DNA from: Candidatus Omnitrophota bacterium
Lineage (GTDB): Bacteria > Omnitrophota > Gorgyraeia > Zapsychrales > JAKLDJ01
DNA length: 64,000 bases
Direction of reading: 5' to 3'
NCBI GenBank assembly: GCA_022703585.1
Contig: JAKLDJ010000001.1
Location: forward strand, 246,891-310,890
Shown: positions 57,401 to 63,746 of the stretch, piece after piece
How the letters are laid out: each line of letters starts with the position of its first letter
Numbering within the stretch: the first letter of the stretch is position 1
The notes under the pieces: model-generated
The model's input: the letters and a program-made list of their open reading frames with translations, nothing else
What the model was told of the DNA's origin: nothing
Database searches by the model: none
Program-made: the position numbers and the translations under genes

Positions 57401-60400
57401 AAAGCGTAAAGCTATAAAGGTGTTCGCCGCGGGCATTGAATTCTTCAGCGGTTAATTTACCGTTAAGGTTCAGCCCCTCGACGGATTTCTGCCAGTAGTC
57501 AAATGAATCACCGATGACGGAGCTGTAAACCTTATTGAGTTCGCTCAGGGCGCGGAACAACGCGACAACGTAATTATTGAAACCGACTAAGCGTAAAGAC
57601 CTTAGGATCCTTGAAATCCTTAAGAAATTGTGGTTCGTTTCCGATAACCAGATCTGACGCCGCTCTTCAAATCTCGAAGACGGCTGTATGCGCACCTCAT
57701 CATTTTCAACGCTGTATTCGAACCCGTAGAAATTAAGCATCAGGGCCAGCGACTTGAGCATGTTTTCCCTGAGTAATTCTCCTACGGGCGAGGACTCACG
57801 GAATACCTCTAAAGTTTCTCTCGTAAAGATAGGCCCAACAAACCTGCCTCCCAGACTGACACCATCAAGCCTTATATCCCATTCAAATATTTCAGAACTT
57901 TCTTTGAGAGGAAATAGCAATTGAATGTAGTTATGTTCGGTTTCTAACCGTTCGTCATCGTATCCCATAGCCGAGTCATCACCGTATCCAAAAACCTCAA
58001 AAATATATCTTCCTTTATGGTCAGGCCCGATCCCCTGGTAGAAATCGATCAAGGGTTGATTGATCCCCGTGAAAGGCCATCGCTCTTCCTCCACCGTCAT
58101 GGCGGTTAAGGCCGCAAAAACCATCTGGGCGAAGATGCCGAAGAATATTCCAAGCCCGCTAAATCCATAAATCACTTCAAATTCACCCTTTTGGGCGGTT
58201 TTGCGCACGACCCTACCCTGCAAAGCGGCTTTACCCACGACCCTACCTTGCAAAGTTGTTTTCAAGATAGCGGCCTGTTCGCTACCGGCATTCGCCAGAG
58301 AAAAAGGTTCGCCTGCGGTCACAATCAAGTCCGAGAAAAGATAGGCACCCGGTTTCATCATCGCGATACTTTCACGAAGCTCGTATAATTCTCGGTCGTT
58401 TAGGTAGCGCGTCACATAATTAAGGAAGATCATGTCCGCCTCTTTGATCGCCTCTAATGTTTTCTGCGCCGTAACGTCACCGGTGACGAATTGGACCATC
58501 TGACTGCCGCATATACGCGGCAAGGAGGCTGATAAAAATTCGGCAATCCATGCCTTCATAGCCTGATAGTGCCGACTGACAATGTTATCTTCAATGACTT
58601 CGGGTAAGTGACGATCTTTTCGTTCGTCTAATACATAAATAACATCCTGAGGCTGAATGTCGCTACGGCCAAGAAGCTCTTGGGCCATCGCTACATACCT
58701 GCTATCTTTGTCTATGCCCGTAATACGCACCTGCGGAAGATCTTTTGTCGGGTCATAACGCTCCGGGTAACGTTCAAACTGATGCAAAATAGTGAGGGCA
58801 ATCGATAGGGCTTCATGGCCCTTTGAGCTGCCCAGGGAAAGGACGCGTAACGTTCGTCTGCCTTCTTCGCGGGACTGCTGCACAATTCCCGGCAAACGCT
58901 TTTCCAAAACAATGAACTGGGCCGGCAGCCGGAAAAACGATGTGTGATGTTCTATATCGGGCTTTGCCTCTCCCGTCATCGCCGGCAAGGCCAGAGCCAG
59001 TTGCACAAAAACGCTGAAGAACACACCGAAAATATCAAACCCGCACAAGGTATCAGCTGGAACAGTTTGGGCATCAGTCGCCGAGACCCAAAGAATTTCT
59101 TCGTCAACGTCAAAGCGGTAACCCTTGCCATCCGGCAATGTCAGGCGCGCATCCATATATCGGAGAATACGCGGGATAATACTCTGGCGGCGGTCTTTGT
59201 CCGGCAGAACGGCTGCCACCAAATGAAGCATTTCCTCTCGCGATAGGGTTTCATGAATAAAGCGTATCCGTTGCACCTCCACCGGATAACCCCAGGAGCG
59301 AATCTTGTCTTCGAGATTGGTCGCCCGGCCCTTGGGGACAAAGGAATGCTTTTCCATAAGAGTAGACCGGACAGCGACCTGGTTTCTGGCGGTGGGGATA
59401 TTGCCGTTAAGCACAATCGCCAGGCGCCCGGCTTTATCAATGAGCGGCAATACTTTCTTCTTTAAAAGCAGGTCGCGCTGATCGAAGGGAACAAATAATA
59501 AGGAATGCGACATCACGATCCCGTGCAATTTCTGCCCTCTTAAAACATCAATCTTCTCAAAGAAACTTCCGGTAATAACACTCAGCCCTTCGATCTCTCT
59601 GGTTTTAATCACGGCGGCCCGCCCGGAGTCTTTCTCAATCGCCAGCACTTGATCAAAATGGACAGCAACCCGTTCGGTAATCTCACCGGCACCGGCCCCT
59701 AAATCAAGTAACTTTCGCGGAGACGGCACCCCGGTAAGGAATTTATCAAACCCTTCGGATAGCCGCTGGCCGATACTCCGTTTTTCTACGCTTAATAACC
59801 TCTGGCCTGCCTTGTTCATTTGCTGCCAGTCAAAATATTTAATCGGCTCTTCGCTGCCTTGCGGCTGCCCTATCATCCCCATCATCGCCGGTAACGCCAA
59901 AAGAACAGAGAACGGCAGCACGACCATACCTATTGGCAACAGGGCCGCGAGGCCTGCGTCTCCCGTCTCTTTGATTGGGCCTTGGCTGTTCGTCACACGC
60001 GCCGCAATGCCGCCATTCTGCGCGCGTTGTTCCTGCTGATCGAGCCCAAGAATATAACGGATCGTTGCAATCTGGTCAGGATCGGTAATCCCAACGGTAT
60101 CTTGTGCGTATTGTTCAACCACAAATTCGCGCCCTTGAGGAGCAGTAACCTGCAATTTCTCGGCATGACGATCGATAAATACAAGCACCACCTGAAATCC
60201 GCTGCCATCAATCATCTGCAATGCATCAGCAATCATATAGGCGGCTTTCAGCCGCGCAGCAACCGTTGGCAGGTGCCGATACATGTCGCGCAAGAGGGCA
60301 ATCATGGTAAAATCATGGCTCGGTAGCCGGCTGCGCATAACACGCTCATAATCTTCGCGTTTGACAATCCATGGAATAGAAAGAGTCTCGGCAACCTCCC

Positions 60401-63400
60401 ATGAAACAAAGTTGGCAAGTGCCTCCTTGACTTTCTCGTACAGTCCGGCAATCTCAGTGTATTCATCGTCAGTCAGCCATTGGGAGATTTGCGGAAATTC
60501 CCAAGTATGCGGATAGGCCGGATTTTCACAGAGAAGGTCGCTGAATATTTGCCGTAAGGTAACCCCGCGTGCTTGACGTAATACCTCATCGATCGCGGCA
60601 ACAGCAAACCCATTCTGGTTAATCAAAGCATCCCGGTTGACAAAAATTCCTCGCCATGTCCTCTCCATCAGGTCCCATAATTGTTCGACATATTGATAGG
60701 GAAGTTCCTGTGCCTGTTCTTCTTCCTCAGTCAGCAGCCCTCCGTTTTCTGTTTCTGCGCGGTCAACGGTGATATAGACGCGTTTGTGAATAATCTCAAT
60801 AATGCGCGCAAAAGCGTGAGAGAGCGTTTCACGGTGCGTATGATACGCTTCATTGCGGGCAATGACCGCCTGTGGCGTAAAGAAAACAACACTGCCGATG
60901 CCTTGATCCGGATAGCGGATGAGCATTGAACCCATCGTCTGCCATGTTTCGCGTGGGGCACTTACCTTTGCATCCACACAATTACCGACACTTGAGCGGA
61001 CCATAACCTGCTCACCGGGCGCAAAGAGGCGGCTTTTCTTCTGTGCAATGTCCTCATTAACCGTGCCAAAGCGATATGCCCGGTATATCGTCTCTGCCTT
61101 TATGCGCTCAATAAGATAATCGCCGTGACGGATAACAACAAGCGTATAGTGATTTTGTATGTGAGCCGGCTCAAGGATAGTGACACGCCGACCGGTCAGC
61201 GGCTTGATGCGTTCTCTCATTGAAGTACGGCCACCGTATTGGATATAAGCTTCTTCGCCCTGTTTGAGCGTATAGACAGATTCATCGCGAGTGAACACAG
61301 ACCGCTGATCAATAACAAGCTCAGGCAGTTTAAAGAGGGCAAGCAGGCTGTTGATACGTGCGATCTTCTCAGCGCTAAACTCCTCAAACGATCCATCAAG
61401 TAAGCAACGCAGTTCTCGTGCCGCTGCCTGTTTCCCTCCGTCGTTGGCCACCGCGCCCAGGACACCGGGCAGGGCTAAAATGAGTTGGACGAGAATACTC
61501 ACCAACTCAAGGCCGGGAATGAGAGCGAGCGCGTTACTATTTTCTGCCTCCAGCACTTCCTGTTTAGTCCTGCTCAATTTTCCGTAAACATTTTCGGGAA
61601 TGGATTCAAGCAAGGCAACCACCTCTTCCTGCGGCATGACTTGAGGCGAAGTTAAATTGATATTGACCGTAGCTAACCCTTCGCTTTCAAGCCACTGATT
61701 TATTCTCTCCAGGTGGTCATCGGGCGGTATAAAGGTGCGCATCAGCCTTCTGGCGTCGAGTGTTGCCTGGTTGATTCCCAATCTCTCTAAATCTTCAGAA
61801 TCCTGCGGGTCAACGACCAAACCAAAATCTTCCCAGGCAGTCTGCATTCTCTGCGCCTTGGTTAATGCCTTTTGGCCGTCGGTACCCCAGAACTGCATCA
61901 AAACGGGATTACCGGTAAATGATTCCGGCAAGGATCCGGCCGTATTCTCTGTAAAACCAAACACCCAGGAATCAATGGTTAACCGTTCGGGGTCTAAGCC
62001 GAAACCGTAGGACTTCAACTTCGGCTCGGTACCCGAAGGACGGAAAAGAATAAACCATCTTCTTCCTTCTTTCTCAAAGATAAACATGACACCGTCGCCG
62101 GTAAATTGAATATCGAGAAGAGAATCAATGTCAACTTTAGGGAAGCGCTGGATGAATACGTCTTTTAACTTCTCCTCTCCTGTCTGATTAAGCCTGGCTT
62201 GATATTCCTGATCAAAGATATCCCTTAAAATGACTTTGGCCTCTGCCAGAGTAAGCTGCTTTCTCATATAGGCAATAACAATGGATAAGTAGGCACCGAA
62301 GATGCGCAGCTTCTTGCCATTCCCCTCGATCTCTTTTCGCTTTGCTTCTTCCGAAGTTCCCGGCAAGCTCAAGGCATTATCAAAACGGATATCGATCGGC
62401 GTGTCGATCTCATCACGCGCGTAGATCTCTTCAAGATAAACGGCTAAATCAACATCGCCTTTTTCTCTCTGCAATTTAGAGATCAGGGCCAAGGATAAGA
62501 ATATGGATTCAGTGGCGCTCTTTTCTCTTTCGGCCAGAAAAGAATTGCCCAAAAGATCCTGGAAGCTGTAGGTAATGCCGGTGATGATCCCGCCGCTTTC
62601 TTCCCAGGCAGCTATAATAATAGGGTCGGGCCCGATGTTAACGTCTTTGCCGCTGGCGTCGGTAATCACAACGTCTTCGCCGGGGAATTGCCTCATCACG
62701 CCTTCAGCGCGGTACATCACATTAGCCAATTTGGCAAAGCCAACGGCCGTGTTGATGACCTCTATTCTGTAGCCTTCAGCCTTGCGCTTTTCTGCCCATT
62801 TATCAACGGCCGGCGTGGATGCTAACGTTTTTAAGACAACCATGGTTCTGTCTTTGGATACCTTCCCCTGTTTCATTAAGGTCGTGATCCGCTCGAAATT
62901 CATCTCGTGCAGGAAATGGAAAAACTTATTGGGAATAAAGACCGCGACCAGCTTTTCGTTGCTGACAACATTATAAATAACGCCCAAAGCTTCCAGCAGA
63001 CTCCTAACCTGAGGAGAATTAACCATAACCTGACTAACATAGAGACGGTCATTATCCATGTCGGTATGCAAAACAATATCGCCGACGGGCATGGCCCGGA
63101 AACGCTCGGGGTAATCGGCTGTGCACAATACCGGGAAATATTTCACAACTTGGCCGTTGGATAAAACTCTCTCTTGCACCTGGGTGCCGTCAGCGCCTAA
63201 ATCATACGGTTCCGGCCTGCCGTTTTTGGGATTCTCGGAAAGCTTTCCGATATTGCCAAAATCAGGCCGTTCCTTCGGATGCATCCAGTCAATCCTTCCC
63301 ACCAGCTCATCCAGGCCCATTTCTCTAAAGAATGCGGTTAATGTCCGATAGGCCGAGCCGTGGGCACAATCGATATGAATCTTGGCGGGACCAATGGCCC

Positions 63401-63746
63401 TGACTAAGGCCAAAACCACTTCATCGGCAGCAGTCTGTTCCTGATATTTGCGGTACACGTGCATTCCGTTATGAGTCGAACGATACAGCTGGTCGGTAAT
63501 TCTGGGGTCATCCTCGGCAGAAAGATAGAAATCAACAAAGCCGTCCCGCTGAATCTTCTCAACAATGGCCCTTTGGATGGCAATCATCGCCTCAATGGTA
63601 CTGATCAAGAATTGGCTGCCTTCATAATCCATGATCTTTAAGCCGTCAACATTGCTGGGCGAATGAGACGATGTTCCGCAGAATGACAACACAAAATTGA
63701 AGAACTTGCCCATCGTAGAAGTATTCCAGATGGCGGTTGCCGCATT
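372..63746 (-). CDS. giant multi-modular ORF: one uninterrupted minus-strand reading frame of about 63.4 kb (>21,000 codons); stop TAA at 372-374; frame open upstream to TGA at 63747-63749; first in-frame ATG at 63711-63713; probably continues further 5-prime via a frame disruption
   Basis: Hand reverse-complement translation at about 26 anchors (plus 2628, 3252, 4512, 6921, 8043, 8355, 8724, 10545, 11184, 13512, 14808, 18384, 20229, 23094, 26919, 30000, 35175, 38448, 42696, 47780, 50490, 53496, 59958, 62000, 63000, 63500). All give protein-like sequence with recognisable motifs in the same frame (codons on plus positions 3k..3k+2), with no stop at any sampled site. All ~40 minus-strand ORFs in the supplied track are in the other two frames and no long ORF is listed, which fits one uninterrupted frame. 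The frame terminates at TAA 372-374. Confidence 0.6.
1250..1700 (-). other. module: second HExxH zinc-peptidase-like motif region
   Basis: ALLHETVHALGAGFVYLRA verified at 1441-1500. Confidence 0.35.
3190..3300 (-). other. instance of the recurring linker motif (double hydrophobic segment)
   Basis: MSCVILFFTFWSLADLSAVFGLWSLVLLPASAFAGLLSLVEAGPLMLLPVFLSVGGM verified. Confidence 0.6.
3262..3288. repeat. heptanucleotide tract (CCAAAGA)x3 inside the coding sequence; encodes VFGLWSLV
   Basis: accaaagaccaaagaccaaagacc. Confidence 0.6.
4440..4515 (-). other. instance of the recurring linker motif
   Basis: EASDAGRLGAFVPLAGLSLVFSLWPLALVPLAGI verified. Confidence 0.6.
4461..4498. repeat. imperfect heptanucleotide tract (CCAAAGR / CTAAAGA), ~5 units, inside the coding sequence
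   Basis: ggccaaaggccaaagactaaagaccaaactaagacca. Confidence 0.5.
4520..4900 (-). other. module: second minimal nucleotidyltransferase domain
   Basis: LYLFGSLSRAPTPVDADADIFIDAPGTDMDAW; its coding DNA located at 4693-4790. Confidence 0.45.
5650..6650 (-). other. module: glycosyltransferase family 9 (heptosyltransferase-like)
   Basis: GNDCGLTHVAAAVNAPKIISLFGST; its coding DNA located at 5651-5725. Confidence 0.5.
6880..7300 (-). other. module: bacterial sugar transferase (WbaP/EpsL-type polyprenyl-phosphate glycosyl-1-phosphate transferase C-terminal domain)
   Basis: SGLIGKFLRLTGLDELPQIF(NIIKGEMSFFGPRP) verified at 6921-6990. Confidence 0.55.
7990..8046 (-). other. instance of the recurring linker motif
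   Basis: DDTIAAFLPASALLGLFGLIEAGSATR verified. Confidence 0.6.
8560..8760 (-). other. module: minimal nucleotidyltransferase (Pol-beta superfamily) domain
   Basis: NISFFGSYLYSAHPRDLDILVVVEGRILTALD verified at 8641-8740. Confidence 0.5.
10250..10700 (-). other. module: M48-like zinc metalloprotease (HExxH) embedded in hydrophobic segments
   Basis: LILGHELAHTTEKHHVVSL verified at 10501-10560. Confidence 0.5.
11120..11190 (-). other. instance of the recurring linker motif
   Basis: DGDSVAAFLPASALLGLFGLIGLALSAVEGAGL verified. Confidence 0.6.
11250..12400 (-). other. module: polytopic membrane domain, possibly O-antigen ligase/polymerase-like
   Basis: Multiple long hydrophobic stretches read by eye; assignment weak. 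Confidence 0.2.
13440..13515 (-). other. instance of the recurring linker motif
   Basis: TPLAAFLPFADFNFVFSLWSLVCLPLAGM verified. Confidence 0.6.
13457..13484. repeat. imperfect heptanucleotide tract (AGACYAR)x4 inside the coding sequence
   Basis: agactaa agaccag agactaa agacaaa. Confidence 0.5.
13560..14950 (-). other. module: uridine kinase/phosphoribulokinase-family P-loop kinase domain
   Basis: DSPTKVILVIGGASTSGKTHLAKELQ...FVMNYDYMDVERHDAEAREHILEAYYDRTIDVIIYEGIGT verified at 14580-14810. Confidence 0.55.
18250..19000 (-). other. module: sigma-70 family sigma factor-like domain, copy 1
   Basis: RAFLTHVVAKHLPRLPKKEQYVVRRYYLEGMTLKTIGESLGVTESRACQIHAKAIER verified at ~18270-18440 (region 4 HTH); region 2-like FDSSRGASLKTWIIGILRPRMIDQARL. 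Confidence 0.55.
19030..21110 (-). repeat. in-frame tandem array of 8 divergent copies of an ~83-97 aa HTH-like unit (DNA period 244-292 bp), immediately N-terminal to sigma-like module 1
   Basis: DNA anchors gagtcaacggatt / ggtcaaggggtgatt recur at 19139, 19391, 19640, 19884, 20146, 20436, 20728 and 21010. The unit encodes ...LLALAKQHFDAI.DPNDWPKNPLT..IM.EL.L..NSVQYYSKKMN..L.AAGYPKIGR... Confidence 0.6.
22221..22300 (-). other. instance of the recurring linker motif
   Basis: EDSTSELACLFMPFMVLPVSMALAGMTQAEH verified. Confidence 0.6.
23035..23100 (-). other. instance of the recurring linker motif
   Basis: FLMPLVFLPVSAFAGLSEAGP verified. Confidence 0.6.
24800..25200 (-). other. module: GHKL/HATPase_c-like ATPase domain
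   Basis: G-box-like GSHGRGVGIPLSRLIVEVHDGTLEI read by eye. Confidence 0.3.
26000..26700 (-). other. module: class I SAM-dependent methyltransferase
   Basis: QNDRMVVADVGSGAGQISEWLY verified at ~26555-26620. Confidence 0.5.
26830..26925 (-). other. instance of the recurring linker motif
   Basis: EAAEALGAFMLVADLNLVFGLWSLVLTSLA verified. Confidence 0.6.
26863..26890. repeat. imperfect heptanucleotide tract (AGACCAA)x4 inside the coding sequence
   Basis: aagacca aagacca gagacca aagacta. Confidence 0.5.
27150..27750 (-). other. module: trypsin/chymotrypsin-like (S1) serine protease domain
   Basis: HRDSGSICSDRVETIPGDSGSPLVI verified at ~27200-27270 (GDSGxP Ser motif); upstream TATHVVC His motif read by eye. 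Confidence 0.55.
28250..32350 (-). repeat. divergent tandem ~90-100 aa repeats (RAARF...IVGAWFG...PHW.EALD units) on both sides of sigma-like module 2 (29450-30120)
   Basis: Protein-level repeats read by eye. Example DNA similarity: 30580-30625 against 28333-28380. Confidence 0.35.
29450..30120 (-). other. module: sigma-70 family sigma factor-like domain (regions 2-4), copy 2
   Basis: GWEGVQQALTTYDSSRGMSL verified at 30000-30059; region-4 HTH LGPREQHIIRSLRAGVTQRAIARELGVSEFVMCRLRQAIIERLR verified at ~29500-29640. Confidence 0.55.
35131..35180 (-). other. instance of the recurring linker motif
   Basis: SEDNALGCYLLFIGIP verified. Confidence 0.5.
36100..36190 (-). other. instance of the recurring linker motif
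   Basis: APDDFKEDLLCTLGLWTGLFFISLLGA...VKPAAEQEKLSP verified at 36061-36200. Confidence 0.55.
37300..38000 (-). other. module: HD-domain phosphohydrolase
   Basis: ELHDLGKDSPRRFAIHDGTDV located at 37731-37800. Confidence 0.45.
38348..38450 (-). other. instance of the recurring linker motif, with an embedded heptanucleotide tract
   Basis: GILLPLADVSNLFSLWSLVFSLWSPSFLPLT verified. Confidence 0.6.
38378..38412. repeat. heptanucleotide tract (AGACCAR)x5 inside the coding sequence; encodes the LWSLVFSLW part of the linker motif
   Basis: gagacca cagacta aagacca gagacca aagacta. Confidence 0.6.
38600..38960 (-). other. module: class I SAM-dependent methyltransferase
   Basis: DRAQPLNILEVGAGALQLSRRLLREF verified at ~38880-38960. 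Confidence 0.5.
42250..42700 (-). other. module: RelA/SpoT-type HD domain ((p)ppGpp hydrolase-like)
   Basis: GLKRDNGEPYIFHPVSVLY verified at 42661-42720; downstream ALGHD and VKAADRLHNILT match the SpoT HD and ADRLHN motifs. Confidence 0.5.
45050..45500 (-). other. module: Nudix hydrolase-like
   Basis: Nudix-box-like ETREENGQENALEKPLEAILRGLNEELSL read by eye; not re-verified against DNA. Confidence 0.25.
47350..47950 (-). other. module: methyltransferase small domain (RsmC-like)
   Basis: IGCGNGIDVIAARI verified at ~47775-47815; downstream DVILWNAPEP, a variant of the NPPF/Y-like motif. Confidence 0.45.
50441..50500 (-). other. instance of the recurring linker motif
   Basis: SAVMPGMELFVFAALLGAI verified. 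Confidence 0.55.
50500..51620 (-). other. module: sugar-nucleotide NTP-transferase (nucleotidyltransferase) domain
   Basis: AYRHSLIRGEWAVLIPAAGD(ARRLGLGKPKALL) verified at 51601-51660; Gly-rich NTP-transferase signature. Confidence 0.45.
52000..52700 (-). other. module: class I SAM-dependent methyltransferase
   Basis: HLVLDFGMGLFP motif I; its coding DNA gcccatgccaaaatc located at ~52515-52530. Confidence 0.4.
52900..53700 (-). other. module: tRNA-dihydrouridine synthase (Dus) TIM-barrel domain
   Basis: LYAKAAAVASQIGVSAIDINMGSGPLAD verified at 53461-53550 (DINMGCP-like motif); downstream PVSVKTRI...IPIFGNGEV. Confidence 0.55.
56140..56710 (-). other. module: Maf-like nucleoside triphosphate pyrophosphatase domain
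   Basis: VILASQSPRRKEILD verified at ~56665-56710; downstream IIIASDTTMLVDGNVIGK. Confidence 0.5.
56865..56946 (-). other. instance of the recurring linker motif
   Basis: AFMLFMPPVFVLAIFLGMTT verified at 56881-56940. Confidence 0.6.
58170..58965 (-). other. module: CheR-type methyltransferase-like domain
   Basis: RTLRVLSLGSSKGHEALSIALTILHQF resembles the CheR SAM-binding region RIWSAGCSTGEEPYS. Read by eye, not independently re-verified. Confidence 0.3.
58203..58258. repeat. 30-bp direct tandem duplication inside the coding sequence; encodes ALQGRVVGKA / ALQGRVVRKT
   Basis: cacgaccctaccctgcaaag at 58206-58226 and cacgaccctaccttgcaaag at 58236-58256. Confidence 0.6.
59055..59870 (-). other. 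module: class I SAM-dependent methyltransferase
   Basis: Motif I VPSPRKLLDLGAGAGEI verified at ~59690-59730. Confidence 0.5.
59874..59960 (-). other. instance of the recurring acidic-flanked hydrophobic linker motif
   Basis: TGDAGLAALLPIGMVVLPFSVLLALPAMM verified at 59881-59960. Confidence 0.6.
61440..61545 (-). other. instance of the recurring hydrophobic linker motif
   Basis: EVLEAENSNALALIPGLELVSILVQLILALPGVLGAVAN verified at 61441-61560. Confidence 0.55.
61990..63746 (-). other. module of giant ORF: alpha-D-phosphohexomutase (PGM/PMM/GlmM family)
   Basis: Active-site region FCGTSSHSPSNVDGLK (~63650) and C-terminal signature RPSGTEPKLKSYGFGLDPERL verified at plus 61981-62040. Confidence 0.6.

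Noticed and set aside
3190-61545. PEP-CTERM / exosortase or LPXTG-type sorting signals for the recurring hydrophobic motif
   Set aside because: The motif is internal with long coding sequence on both sides. It lacks PEP or LPXTG cores and a C-terminal Arg/Lys cluster, and it is followed by acidic residues instead.
2287-63351. All plus-strand ORFs in the track (for example 49056-49667 203 aa, 26722-27279 185 aa, 11883-12404 173 aa, 4962-5471 169 aa) as candidate genes
   Set aside because: They lie antisense to a clearly coding minus-strand frame. Their composition is the R/S/P/G-rich low-complexity typical of shadow ORFs, and they contain no recognisable motifs.
372-63746. An ordinary operon of about 40 separate same-strand genes
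   Set aside because: All of the ~26 verified coding anchors share one frame, which is vanishingly unlikely for independent genes. No internal stop/start pairs or intergenic AT-rich gaps were found, and no ORFs of at least 60 aa in that frame appear in the track.
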